Positions 8,380-17,879 are shown, numbered from the stretch's first letter. The stretch is DNA of 64,000 bases from an uncultured bacterium (GCA_903847095.1 CAINCQ010000041.1:8292-72291), one strand, 5' to 3'. Notes: generated by a model from the sequence alone, not told the origin. Program-made: numbers and translations.

Positions 8380-10005
8380 TTAATGGTTGCCGATGGCGCT
8401 ATGGACGAATTCCCGGAAAAGCGGATGCGGACGCAAAGGGCGCGATTTGAATTCCGGGTGGAATTGCGTGGCCACAAAAAAGGGATGGTCTTTAAGCTCT
8501 ACGATTTCGACCAGGTTCTTTTCGGGATTGATCCCGGACGCGATCAATCCGCATTCTTCCAGTTTTTGCCGATAGTCATTATTAAGTTCGTAGCGGTGGC
8601 GGTGGCGTTCCGATATTAAACTTTTCTTTCCATAGGCTTCGTAGGCCCGCGTTCCGGGTATAAGTTCGCAGTTGTAGGCTCCCAGCCGCATTGTGCCTCC
8701 GAATTTCTTTTCTTTGATCAGGTTTTTTTGCTCATTCATCACGTCGATCACGGGTTGCTCGGTCTTAGGATCGAATTCCCGCGAAGTCGCGAGCTTGAAT
8801 CCGCAGACATGGCGCGCGAATTCGATCGTGGCCAGTTGCATGCCAAGACATAAACCGAAAAAGGGAATTTTATTGGTTCTTAAATATTCAATGGCCTTGA
8901 TTTTACCTTCTACGCCCCGGTTACCGAAACCTCCCGGTATGATGATCCCGTCGTAGTCCTTGAGCTCGGAAAGATTTTTGGGATTTTCCTCGTAGCTCTC
9001 CGCCGACAACCACGTGATCTCGGGTTTTCTTTGGTAATACCAGGCGGCGTGCTTGATCGCTTCGATCACGGAAATATAAGAGTCCATCAAGGTGAACTTG
9101 CCGCTTTCGAAATACTTCCCGACAATCCCGATCTTAACGGGTTTTGACGCGTTATGGATCGTGTCCACGAGTTTTTCCCATTCTTTCAGATTGTTGCGTC
9201 GGGGCCGCAGGCGGAATTTGGTAAGGATCCGGCTGCTTAAATTTTCGTTCTCGAAATTCAACGGCACTTCATAAATTGATTTCGCGTCGGGAGCCGATAT
9301 CACATCCCTTTGATCGACATTGCAAAAAATCGAGATCTTGCGTTTCCGGGGTTCGTCGAGCGGCATTGAAGAACGGCCCAGGATGATATCGGGCTGAATC
9401 CCGGCCCCATTGAGCATTTTAACGGCGTTTTGCGTCGGTTTGGTCTTCATTTCCCCGACCATTTCGGGAATCGGCAGATAGCCGACCAAAATGAAAAGGA
9501 CGTCTTTGGGATTTTGGAGGCGTAACATGCGCGCGGCTTCCAGAAAAAGCATATTCTGGTATTCCCCGACCGTACCGCCGATCTCGATCAACACAAAATC
9601 GGCCCGGGATCTTTTCCCGGCCGCTTTGATACGCCTGATCACTTCGTTGGGGATATCGGGAACCACTTCAACGCATCGTCCGTTATATTCCAAATTCCTT
9701 TCCCGTTCGATAACCGACAGATAAACACGGCCCGTTGTCGCGTAGTTTACGGAACCCAGATCCTCATCGAGAAATCTTTCGTAATTGCCGATATCCTGGT
9801 CGCACTCCGTTCCGTCGTCGGTCACAAAAACCTCGCCGTGTTCGATCGGATTCATTGTTCCGGCATCGACGTTGATGTACGGGTCATTTTTGACGGCCGT
9901 TACTTTGAAGCCCTTACCTTCAAGGATTTTTCCTATGGAAGCCGTGGCTACTCCTTTACCGATACTGGACATTACTCCTCCGGCGACGAAGATATATTTT
10001 GGCAT
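8380..10005 (-). CDS. pyrG: CTP synthase
   Basis: GGVMSSIGKG, DPYINVDAGTM, KTKPTQ, PGGFG.RG, GLCLGMQ, ERHRHRYE, QFHPEF. Confidence 0.98.
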   Translation of the reverse strand: MPKYIFVAGGVMSSIGKGVATASIGKILEGKGFKVTAVKNDPYINVDAGTMNPIEHGEVFVTDDGTECDQDIGNYERFLDEDLGSVNYATTGRVYLSVIERERNLEYNGRCVEVVPDIPNEVIRRIKAAGKRSRADFVLIEIGGTVGEYQNMLFLEAARMLRLQNPKDVLFILVGYLPIPEMVGEMKTKPTQNAVKMLNGAGIQPDIILGRSSMPLDEPRKRKISIFCNVDQRDVISAPDAKSIYEVPLNFENENLSSRILTKFRLRPRRNNLKEWEKLVDTIHNASKPVKIGIVGKYFESGKFTLMDSYISVIEAIKHAAWYYQRKPEITWLSAESYEENPKNLSELKDYDGIIIPGGFGNRGVEGKIKAIEYLRTNKIPFFGLCLGMQLATIEFARHVCGFKLATSREFDPKTEQPVIDVMNEQKNLIKEKKFGGTMRLGAYNCELIPGTRAYEAYGKKSLISERHRHRYELNNDYRQKLEECGLIASGINPEKNLVEIVELKDHPFFVATQFHPEFKSRPLRPHPLFREFVHSAIGNH

Positions 10006-10035
10006 TTTGTTTTTGAAAAACCACGCTTAAAAAAT

Positions 10036-10485
10036 TTATTCGCCCAATTCCGTTACGATGACTTTGATCTCGGCTTCGAGATTATGGCTAAATTTGATCT
10101 TGACCGGGTATTCTCCCAGTTTTTTTATCGGTTCTTCCAAATCGATTTGTTTTTTCTCGACATCGAAACCCGCTTCCTTCAATTTATCCCAGATCTTTTG
10201 ATCGTTGATCGATTCGAAAAGCTGGTCTTTGTCGCCCACTTTTACCTGGATGACGACTTCCTGGCCATCGAGGCTGGAGGCGTGTTGCTGGATCACCTTA
10301 AGCTCTTCCTCCGTTTTTTTGGCCGATATTTCCCGTTGGGTTTTGGCCCAAGCCATCGCGTTTTTCGTCGCTTGCTTGGCTAAGCCCTTTGGCAACAAAA
10401 AATTGTTCGCATAACCGTCCGCGACGTCCTTGATCTCGAATTGCTTTCCTATTTTATCTACGTTTTTTAGTAAAATTACCCGCAT
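10036..10485 (-). CDS. rplI: 50S ribosomal protein L9
   Basis: MRVILL..V..IG....[23 protein letters not shown]. Confidence 0.96.
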   Translation of the reverse strand: MRVILLKNVDKIGKQFEIKDVADGYANNFLLPKGLAKQATKNAMAWAKTQREISAKKTEEELKVIQQHASSLDGQEVVIQVKVGDKDQLFESINDQKIWDKLKEAGFDVEKKQIDLEEPIKKLGEYPVKIKFSHNLEAEIKVIVTELGE

Positions 10486-10554
10486 ATTGGTTCTATGGTT
10501 TTATGATTATTTTTTTGGACTCAAGCTCATCAGGAGATTAAGTAATAATCGATT

Positions 10555-11796
10555 TTATCTCATCCCTGATATTATTTCAATAGCTTTATCAAGTTGGGGG
10601 TCTTTTTGAGCCTCATAATCGGCTGGGGTCATTTTTACTTCGATGTCGGCGGTAAGCCCTTTTTCGCTGATTTGGTCTCCTTTGGGTGTAAGCCATTTGG
10701 CCACGGTAACCTTAAGCGTTGATCCCCCGGCCAGGGGTTCCAGCTGTTGTACCGATCCTTTTCCGAAGGATTTTTCTCCGATAAGCTGGATGCCGCGATC
10801 GTCCCGCAAGGCGCCCGCGAGAATTTCGGAGGCCGAAGCCGATCCCCCGTTAATCAGGATCACCATCGGTGTCTTGGCGAACAGCGAAGGGCCTTCGGAT
10901 TTATATTCCAGTTTTCCTTTGGCTGCTCCCATATCCTCGACGGTTATCAATTGCCCCCGATCCAAAAACCATCCCGAAATATCCTGGGCGACGCTCAAAT
11001 AACCGCCCGGATCGTTGCGGAGATCAAGAATGATGTGTTTGGCCGATTTTTCCTGGATTTGGATGGCGGCGTTCTTGAATTCCTCGTCGGCGTTTTCCGA
11101 AAATTGGAAAAGCTGGATGTAAGCCGTGTCGTTATTGATCATTTTCCATTTGACCGCCGGGACGTTTATTACTTCCCGAACCAGCTTGATGTCCCTGGTT
11201 TCCTTCCAGTCTTCCCGGAAGATCGAGAGCGTTACTTCGGTGCCTTTGGGTCCGCGGATAAGGTTTACCGCTTCGTCAACATTCATGCTCGAAGATTGTT
11301 TTCCGTCTATTTTTACTATTATGTCCCCGGAACGAAGACCGGCTTTCTGGGCTGGCGTCCCTTCAAGAGGAGTTACGACCTGGAGCAATTCTTTTTTTAT
11401 GCCGACTTCCATTCCGACGCCTTCGAATTCTCCGCGCGAATCATCGATGAAGTTTTTCGAATCGACCGGATTGAAAAAAACGGTGTAGGGATCCCCTACG
11501 GCGGAAACCATTCCCGCGATCGCGCCGTAGATCATTTTTTGGGTGTCGATCTTGCTTTTATCGACGTATTTGTCCTGAAGGTCGTTCCACGTTTCCCAAA
11601 AAAGAGTTAGGTCGGCATTTTCGTGCGCGCAGGAATTTCCTTCAAAGAAGGTCCAGGCTTGGCAGGACAGCGATTGCTGTCCTCCATCGGCGGGCGCGGG
11701 ACAATAATCGCATTTTTTCTGTCCTAAGGTGAGGCCGGCCGCGAAAAATAACAAGATCAACAAAAAGCCGATCAGGTAAGTTTTTTTTATTTTCAT
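10555..11796 (-). CDS. ctpA: S41 carboxy-terminal processing protease with PDZ domain
   Basis: N-terminal TM, GDPYT.F, PDZ G.G, ILDLRNDPGG, SASASEILAGAL, GEKSFGKGSVQ. Confidence 0.93.
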   Translation of the reverse strand: MKIKKTYLIGFLLILLFFAAGLTLGQKKCDYCPAPADGGQQSLSCQAWTFFEGNSCAHENADLTLFWETWNDLQDKYVDKSKIDTQKMIYGAIAGMVSAVGDPYTVFFNPVDSKNFIDDSRGEFEGVGMEVGIKKELLQVVTPLEGTPAQKAGLRSGDIIVKIDGKQSSSMNVDEAVNLIRGPKGTEVTLSIFREDWKETRDIKLVREVINVPAVKWKMINNDTAYIQLFQFSENADEEFKNAAIQIQEKSAKHIILDLRNDPGGYLSVAQDISGWFLDRGQLITVEDMGAAKGKLEYKSEGPSLFAKTPMVILINGGSASASEILAGALRDDRGIQLIGEKSFGKGSVQQLEPLAGGSTLKVTVAKWLTPKGDQISEKGLTADIEVKMTPADYEAQKDPQLDKAIEIISGMR

Positions 11797-11886
11797 GTTT
11801 GGATTTTGGTCAAATTAAAAACAAAAACCAAGATGCTTTGGATACCTTATCATCTTACACTAACCAAAAAAATTAGTCCATTGGAG

Positions 11887-11940
11887 GAGCGGGAACAGCA
11901 GTAACAGCGAGAAAAGCTAAAACAGCAAGAAGAGCGGGAA
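11887..11940. repeat. Degenerate 9-bp tandem repeat, 6 units (nAGCnnnAA)
   Basis: gagcgggaa cagcagtaa cagcgagaa aagctaaaa cagcaagaa gagcgggaa. Confidence 0.8.
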
Positions 11941-11946
11941 AGCGGA

Positions 11947-12546
11947 CTACTGCGCCAAGGTTAATTCCGCGCGACTCCAATCGACGAACGACCAGAAGTT
12001 TTGCACGTATTTGGCGCGGTCATTCTTATAATCAAGATAATAGGCGTGTTCCCAGACATCGAGAGCCAGAAGAATGTTAAAATTTGCCACCAGGTTCACG
12101 TTATGTTTTTCTATTTGGAGGATATGGAGCTTTCCGGTTTCCGGGCACTTGCTTAAAACCGCCCATCCGGAACCTTCGCAGGAAACAGCGGCGGCGGTAA
12201 ATTCCTTTTTGAATTCGTCAAAAACGGCGAATTGTCGCGCGATCTCTTCGCCGATCTTTCCTTGCGGCTCATTGGCGCCGCCGCGGGCCGGCGCCAAACT
12301 GTTCCAGAATATCGAATGGAGTTTGTGGCCGGAAACATTGAAAGACAATTCTTTGGCGGCCGCTTTGACATCGAAAGCGGAACCGGCTTGGCGCGCGGTT
12401 TCGATCCGTTCTATCAAGGCATTGGCATTGTTTACGTAAGCCGCGTGGTGTTTTTGATGGTGGAGGGAAAGTTGTTCTAAGGACAAAAACGGCTTTAGGC
12501 TGTCATATCCGTAAGGCAGGGCCGGAAGTTCGTAAATTTTGCTCAT
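11947..12546 (-). CDS. sod: Fe/Mn superoxide dismutase
   Basis: LP.LPY.Y..L.P, HH.KHH..YV, H..FW, DVWEHAYYLDY. Confidence 0.96.
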   Translation of the reverse strand: MSKIYELPALPYGYDSLKPFLSLEQLSLHHQKHHAAYVNNANALIERIETARQAGSAFDVKAAAKELSFNVSGHKLHSIFWNSLAPARGGANEPQGKIGEEIARQFAVFDEFKKEFTAAAVSCEGSGWAVLSKCPETGKLHILQIEKHNVNLVANFNILLALDVWEHAYYLDYKNDRAKYVQNFWSFVDWSRAELTLAQ

Positions 12547-12705
12547 ATTGATTTATTTTTAGACTAAGTTTTTTTATGATCTTATCATAGCTAAGGAGCG
12601 GGCGCTTATCAATCCGTTCGCGGGGCCAACAATGTTTTGATAACGGATGTTTACAATTTTTTAAATTGTATTATAACATTAGTGGCACCTTAAAAGGAGG
12701 TTGGA

Positions 12706-13056
12706 ATGCGCCATATGGAAGTTTCGGCAACCGGCCTGGAGTATTCGCTTTTAAAAAACGAATCCGGGCGCGACTTGATCGGCATCGAGATAGTCTGCAA
12801 TAGCGAAAGTAATGCCAAAACCCGTAAATTCATCGAACAATACCCCGAAATGATCTATCAAGACGGTTGGAAGATCAACTTTTGGGCTAAGGGAATAGCT
12901 TTAAGGACGAGCGAGGCCCGGGTGGAAATCAGGCTTCCAAAAAAAGAAATGTCGGAACTTAGATCGCTGTTCGACCGGGCGGGTCCGGAACGAAAATTAA
13001 ACATGTTGCCGATTTACGGCAAATATCCGGGATTCCAGCTTTTAGCGGAAATATAG
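12706..13056 (+). CDS. Hypothetical protein
   Basis: AAGGAGG SD 5 nt before ATG; terminator ACTCCC-AAC-GGGAGT followed by a T-tract near 13075-13097. Confidence 0.75.
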   Translation: MRHMEVSATGLEYSLLKNESGRDLIGIEIVCNSESNAKTRKFIEQYPEMIYQDGWKINFWAKGIALRTSEARVEIRLPKKEMSELRSLFDRAGPERKLNMLPIYGKYPGFQLLAEI

Positions 13057-13161
13057 AATACGGTAATATAGATACTCCCCAACGGGAGTTTTTTTTGGTT
13101 CGCGCGTAGAATTTATATAACGATTTTAAAGACGGGCCTTTTCCGGTTTCGATCAGGAAGG

Positions 13162-14124
13162 TTAAAAGGAAAATTTGAACAGTTCTTTGGCCAGCAGATC
13201 GGCAGCGCCCGACAGGCTGATTTTATTCAATTGGGTTTTATCGTCCAGCCTTGAATGATAAACCTTGTTTTCTTTTTTGAGGTCGCCGCAAAGAACCAGG
13301 ATCTTGTCTTTCCAGCCGTCGGCTTTTTTGACCGGGAAGCCCAGATAGATCATTTGTTCGTCAGCATCAAAGTGATTTTTCCCGTTTCCCACGCAATCGA
13401 CGGCGATCAATCTTTTGGCCGAAGCCATGATTCCCTCGTTGGTTTCTTCGAAAGCCCGGAAGCCATGGCCCCAATAGGTCGGCTTGTCATAGGAAAGTTC
13501 TTCGTTGGCCGAGAATACGAACAGGTTTTTGTTCAAAAACCCCGGTTGTTTTAAAATGATCTGCATCAGAACGCCCACTCCGGAGGCGTTGTCGCAGGCG
13601 CCGGTTTCCAGCGAATCGTAATGAGCGAAAACGATACTGTTGGGATTTTCCGCGTTGCCGACCAAAATATTCCAGGCGCTGTAGTTGTAGGGTTCCACAA
13701 CGGTCTCGCCTTTGACTTTCCGGGCCCGCAATATTTTAGGCAGGTCGATCCTGCTTATGGCAAAAGCCGGTGCGAAGTAAAAATTGCCCAAAGAAATCGC
13801 TTTGCATTCGGGGTTAAAATTAATGTTTGGATATTCCAAAAAAAGCCGCGAAGGCGTCAATGAGCTTACCAGGCTTTTTTTGTCGTCGATCTGTCCCGAG
13901 GTAAAACAAGAGTTGAGGCAGTCGATCTTTTTTCCGTCCGCTTCAAGCCAGGTTTTTTTGGAAACCGGGATAGCCGTTTCGAATTCCTGGACGGCATAAG
14001 CCACGTTGTTTCCCTTTAAAACCGAAATCAAAAATTCCGCCGTTTTTCTCTCGTTTAGGCCCAGGCGCGGAGAAAATTCCAGCAGGTTGGCGCTAAAATC
14101 TAAAATATCGAATTCTTGGTTCAT
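13162..14124 (-). CDS. M28-family metallopeptidase
   Basis: FAHYDS...GACDNASGV, FSANEE, AVDCVG, YHS..D. Confidence 0.85.
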   Translation of the reverse strand: MNQEFDILDFSANLLEFSPRLGLNERKTAEFLISVLKGNNVAYAVQEFETAIPVSKKTWLEADGKKIDCLNSCFTSGQIDDKKSLVSSLTPSRLFLEYPNINFNPECKAISLGNFYFAPAFAISRIDLPKILRARKVKGETVVEPYNYSAWNILVGNAENPNSIVFAHYDSLETGACDNASGVGVLMQIILKQPGFLNKNLFVFSANEELSYDKPTYWGHGFRAFEETNEGIMASAKRLIAVDCVGNGKNHFDADEQMIYLGFPVKKADGWKDKILVLCGDLKKENKVYHSRLDDKTQLNKISLSGAADLLAKELFKFSF

Positions 14125-14148
14125 GGACAAATTTACCAGTGTTAGTTT

Positions 14149-14233
14149 ACTATTTTATAGACCACGAGTTTATAAAATAGTGAGGAGTCCAGAGGATACT
14201 TCCTCTGGCCGCCTGCGTGGTTTTGGACCACGC
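14149..14233. other. Three-hairpin structured element upstream of the M28 peptidase
   Basis: Stems 14149-14159/14171-14181 (11 bp), 14189-14196/14201-14208 (8 bp) and 14215-14221/14227-14233 (7 bp). Confidence 0.65.
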
Positions 14234-14317
14234 TGAGCGAAATTCCATTGGAAAGATATATAATTCATAATAGCAAATTTTTCGGGTATAAAAAAAGGAA
14301 GGGATTTTCCCTTCCTG

Positions 14318-15289
14318 TCAAAGGCCGTTTTTGTCGATCGCTATCGCTTGGCGGGCGATCAGTTCAAAGAGCGAAACGGTATCGCCGGAAAAGTTTTCGG
14401 GTATAACGATGTTTTTGCGCCAATCGGATGCGAACAGCGCGGTATTTACCGTCATCATCTCAAGGTTAAGGGCCGGTGTTTGCACTACCATGGGGTAGAC
14501 GCCGGTTGCGTCCATCACCATATCCATGGCCGACCTGAATTCCTCTTTGATCTTGTGGACATCGCCATTCATGTTTTCGTAAGTTTCAAAGAGTACGAGG
14601 TTGCCTTGGATAAAATTGGCCAAATAGAGCGGATAATACCAGGACGCCGGAGGCCGCGAGGCGTATAGATTCGCCTCTTCGAGCGGTTTTTTTTGAGCCC
14701 GTAGGCCGTTTATTTCGAATACGTAGGGGGGACGTTTCTTGGCTCTTCTTAAATAAAGTGAAAAGAGCGCGCCGATGTCGCGCGTTGCCGGGCAACGCTC
14801 GCCAAATGTTTTTGTCCGTAACCGCTGGTGGTATTCGGGCAAACGAAGGCCGTCCGAGACCACGATTTCCCTTAGGACCATGCTTTCCAGAATTCGCGGA
14901 TCGGCGATCTTGTCGATCCGGATTATCGGTTGTCCGTTTTCCGCGTGGCTTACGGCGAAACGGACTTTGACCAGATTTACCTTGTCGGCGTTTCGGCTGC
15001 TGAAAGCGTCAGTTCCAAAGGTAAAGTTAACCGGCGATAAGCCAAAATGATCGCAAGCTAGCGTGCTGCAAATTTCCTCTATCCGAGCGGTCGCTACCTG
15101 ACGGCAGAGTACCCCGTGTACGCGGTTTGGCGACAGGTAAAGGTTCTGCTCCGAAATTCCGGTGAAATCTTTGATCCCGAATTCCTTTTTTGCGAAGGCA
15201 TTTACTCTCATGGCCAGCTTTTCTTTAACCGGTTTTCTCGCCCGTATTTCGGCCGCCAGATTTGCCCTATCGCTGATATAGTATCCCAT
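14318..15289 (-). CDS. Uncharacterised 323-aa protein downstream of a Cys leader attenuator
   Basis: AAGGAGG 8 nt before ATG 15289 (MGYYISD); enzyme-like motifs RQVAT, D.F...N..K, EYH, WYYPLYL, LFETYE; terminator near 14291-14316. Confidence 0.85.
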   Translation of the reverse strand: MGYYISDRANLAAEIRARKPVKEKLAMRVNAFAKKEFGIKDFTGISEQNLYLSPNRVHGVLCRQVATARIEEICSTLACDHFGLSPVNFTFGTDAFSSRNADKVNLVKVRFAVSHAENGQPIIRIDKIADPRILESMVLREIVVSDGLRLPEYHQRLRTKTFGERCPATRDIGALFSLYLRRAKKRPPYVFEINGLRAQKKPLEEANLYASRPPASWYYPLYLANFIQGNLVLFETYENMNGDVHKIKEEFRSAMDMVMDATGVYPMVVQTPALNLEMMTVNTALFASDWRKNIVIPENFSGDTVSLFELIARQAIAIDKNGL

Positions 15290-15393
15290 TTTCTTTTCCT
15301 CCTTGTTAAAGAACAACAGTCGATTCAGGCCGGTTTCGGCCTGGAGCCTAAGCATAAACTCATACGCCGAGGATTCAGGCAAAAAACTTTTTT

Positions 15394-15475
15394 AAAACGA
15401 AAACCTCCCGCTATCCGGGAGGTTTTCGTTTTGGCTGGGATTATAAATTTAAATTATAATTTCAAAACTCCCGAA
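15394..15475 (-). promoter_or_regulatory. Transcription attenuator: terminator plus mutually exclusive antiterminator
   Basis: Terminator AAAACGAAAACCTCCCG-GATAG-CGGGAGGTTTTCGTTTT at 15432-15394. TTCGGGAGTTTTG at 15475-15463, inside the leader ORF, is complementary to the terminator 5' arm. Confidence 0.75.
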
Positions 15476-15559
15476 TAAGCGATCGGTTAGGCAACAAAGA
15501 CAGGCCATCGTTACGATTTCTTTCTTATCGGTTTTAGGTTTGTTGAGTTTGGTGTTCAT
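15449..15559 (-). CDS. 36-aa leader peptide with a Cys-Leu-Cys-Cys tract
   Basis: MNTKLNKPKTDKKEIVTMACLCCLTDRLFGSFEIII*; AAGGGA SD; immediately after its own promoter. Confidence 0.75.
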   Translation of the reverse strand: MNTKLNKPKTDKKEIVTMACLCCLTDRLFGSFEIII

Positions 15560-15572
15560 GTCCGTCCCTTAA

Positions 15573-15601
15573 AATATATCCTGTTTGAAAATTTGCGTCA
15601 A
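15573..15601 (-). promoter_or_regulatory. sigma70-type promoter of the leader peptide
   Basis: TTGACG(15601-15596)-17-TATATT(15578-15573). Confidence 0.7.
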
Positions 15602-16617
15602 GACAAGGCGGCCGTTTCTTTTCTTGATCGCAAGATGATCTTTCCGAAAATCAGCAGGCTGACGCCAAACGGGAAAAGATAATAAACGATCCGGAACAAT
15701 AAAACCGCTAAAACCGCGCTTTCCAGTCCGGTTCCCAGGAGCGCGAACATGCCGGCCGTTGACCCCTCGAATATGCCCAATCCCCCCGGCACGAACGATA
15801 TCGCGCCTGCCACGGTACCGGAGGTGAAACCTACCAGCAGTTTTCCGAAGCCCACTTGGGTCCCAAAGGCGGCGAAACAATAACCGAGGGCAAAGATCAT
15901 TGCCACCCAGTCGGCGAGCAGAAAAAAAACAAGTAAAAAAAGCAGAAAAGGCCGGGTTTTGGTTTCCTTTTTACCCCGCTCGATCGCTTCGCTGAATTTC
16001 GCGAGAAAGGCCGCTACGTCATTTTTTTTATGCAAAAGGCCGGCTATCGAAACTACCAGTCCTATGATTATTCCCCGAATTGTTTTCGCGAACAGCGCCG
16101 TCGTGGCTAACGCGAACAGTAAAACGAACAGCGCCGATGCGGCCGCGAGACTGTAAAATTCCCCGTTCGTGATGAAACTGGCGTTATAAATGAACAAAAA
16201 GGAAACCGGCAACAAGAGCAAAAAAACGGAACCGTTGAAATAGGAATGAAAAACGGTTACGGCAGTGACATCCTCGGATGAAACCTGGCTTTTTTTCATC
16301 ATGATAATCCGGTAGGTATTGCCCGGTATGCCCGCGGCCGACAGGATGTTGGTGAGCACGCTGGAAACGAATCCGATCTCCAGCAACTCCGCCAGGGGGA
16401 TTTTTATTTTGAATAACCGGCTGGCGGCCCAAAAACTGAACGCGTGAGCGAGATAGGAAAAGACCGTAAGCAGGATGGCATAAAAGATAAGTTCATAATC
16501 CGTAGTAAGCAGCAAGCCGGCCATTTTTTCGTAATCCAAAAGCAAAATGATCAGTGCGATCAAAACAAGAATGGCCGTTGCGGTAGCGTAGAAGAAATCT
16601 TTTTTTTGCCCGGTCAC
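15598..16617 (-). CDS. Lysylphosphatidylglycerol-synthase TM-region (flippase-like, UPF0104) protein
   Basis: Multi-TM protein with SFVPGGLGIFEG and AVLLFRIVYYL.P. Confidence 0.85.
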   Translation of the reverse strand: MTGQKKDFFYATATAILVLIALIILLLDYEKMAGLLLTTDYELIFYAILLTVFSYLAHAFSFWAASRLFKIKIPLAELLEIGFVSSVLTNILSAAGIPGNTYRIIMMKKSQVSSEDVTAVTVFHSYFNGSVFLLLLPVSFLFIYNASFITNGEFYSLAAASALFVLLFALATTALFAKTIRGIIIGLVVSIAGLLHKKNDVAAFLAKFSEAIERGKKETKTRPFLLFLLVFFLLADWVAMIFALGYCFAAFGTQVGFGKLLVGFTSGTVAGAISFVPGGLGIFEGSTAGMFALLGTGLESAVLAVLLFRIVYYLFPFGVSLLIFGKIILRSRKETAALS

Positions 16618-16687
16618 TTTTTTGTTTGGTTCCTATTACTTTATTAAATCATTTTTTGGCGTATTCATAAACTCTTTTAAAAAAATA

Positions 16688-17391
16688 AAAGCCAGTCAGG
16701 TTATGACTGGTATTTTGAAACCGGTGCTGTTATCGGGTAACCTGGTCAACACTGGCATTGGCGGCGCTCTGCGCTATTCCCAGCGGATAAGAACTGTTTA
16801 TCAAATCCTGCTGGATACGCACTCTCATCTGATCTTTGGACAGGTTGCTGTGCTCCATCGACATGGCTTCATCGAAAGCCTGCTGTCGCGCACCGAGCGT
16901 TAACCTTGCAAGTTTGTTTTCTCCCATAACTTCGGCGTACTTCTGATCAAATTCTGTTTCCACATGAGGAAAAGGGGTATTCCATAAAATTACCAATCCC
17001 GCGACCATGCCGACCAAAAGCAAGATCATGACCACAAGGACGGCCGCATCTTTCCTTGTCCTATTTTCGGTACTCGAATACACCGTATGGGTGAAGGACA
17101 GCGTGATCGCCAAGAAACCGAAGACGAAAACGCTCAAACCGATCAGCCCCGTAGTGGTTAAAAATTGCAGGTACCAAATCGATTCTCCATTGATCACCGC
17201 AATTACAACGCAAAGGCAGAAGAACAGCACAAACACAACCAATCCGGACAAAAAGGCCAACTGTAAATTTGCCCATATCTTATTTCTCTTCACTTGAATC
17301 GCCTTCCCGAAGACTTTTCCATATAATAACAATAAATAATCATTTTGTCAAGCTATTTTGGAAAAATAAAGCCAGTCAGGTTATGACTGGT
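16688..17391. repeat. Identical 24-nt terminator hairpin following each of two paralogous genes
   Basis: aaagccagtcaggttatgactggt at 16688-16711 and 17368-17391. Confidence 0.85.
16730..17293 (-). CDS. Hypothetical 3-TM membrane protein (paralogue A)
   Basis: Promoter TTGACA(17351-17346)-17-TATTAT; likely GTG start 17293; three hydrophobic helices plus a soluble C-terminal tail. Confidence 0.75.
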   Translation of the reverse strand: MKRNKIWANLQLAFLSGLVVFVLFFCLCVVIAVINGESIWYLQFLTTTGLIGLSVFVFGFLAITLSFTHTVYSSTENRTRKDAAVLVVMILLLVGMVAGLVILWNTPFPHVETEFDQKYAEVMGENKLARLTLGARQQAFDEAMSMEHSNLSKDQMRVRIQQDLINSSYPLGIAQSAANASVDQVTR

Positions 17392-17402
17392 TATGTTTTC
17401 AA

Positions 17403-17879
17403 CTAAGTTCCGTTGGGCAGGAAGAAAGTTTTTCCGAGGCGCCGTTCCCATTCTAATCTTCGCGCTGGGTCCGAATTCGCGATGGCTTTTTTGAGATCGA
17501 TTAAAGAAGAATTACTTAGGTTTTGATAAGCCTGATCGTCGGCTGCTTGCGCCACTTTTTGTTGGTTCTCGAACTTTGCTATTTCTTGCCGAGTGTCTTC
17601 TGCCGGAGAAAAGGGCAGAGGGTTGCACATAAGCGGCATTATTACGAAATATCCGATCAGCAGCAGAATCGCTATTGCCGCCAAACCACCTTTTCGTTCT
17701 ACTTCGTTCCTGAACGTAACAAAGGCGGCTAACAATAGTAAGGCAAACCAAGCTACCGCGGCCGCGATGATGATCGAAGTCATTCCGAAAAATACCCAAT
17801 AAATCTTTTCTCCATCTATCAGGGATAACGCAATTCCGAATACAAAAAGGAACAACGTCAGTCCGGCAAAACCTTGCAA
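17403..17879 (-). CDS. Hypothetical 3-TM membrane protein (paralogue B)
   Basis: Promoter TTGACA(17967-17962)-17-GATAAT; IDGEKIYW resembles INGESIWY and NPLPF resembles NTPFP of paralogue A; start uncertain. Confidence 0.75.
   Translation of the reverse strand: MQGFAGLTLFLFVFGIALSLIDGEKIYWVFFGMTSIIIAAAVAWFALLLLAAFVTFRNEVERKGGLAAIAILLLIGYFVIMPLMCNPLPFSPAEDTRQEIAKFENQQKVAQAADDQAYQNLSNSSLIDLKKAIANSDPARRLEWERRLGKTFFLPNGT

Noticed and set aside
10747..11610. 287-aa plus-strand ORF and many other antisense or overlapping ORFs in the track
   Set aside because: They lie opposite well-supported genes (here ctpA) and show no recognisable motifs or expression signals; they are shadow ORFs.
11887..11940. 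Possible CRISPR array
   Set aside because: 9-bp units with no spacers and no cas genes; I saw no CRISPR-like repeat-spacer pattern in the window.
14180..14252. Resemblance to a fluoride riboswitch or small ribozyme
   Set aside because: Required pseudoknot complementarity and core nucleotides do not match; kept only as an unclassified structure.
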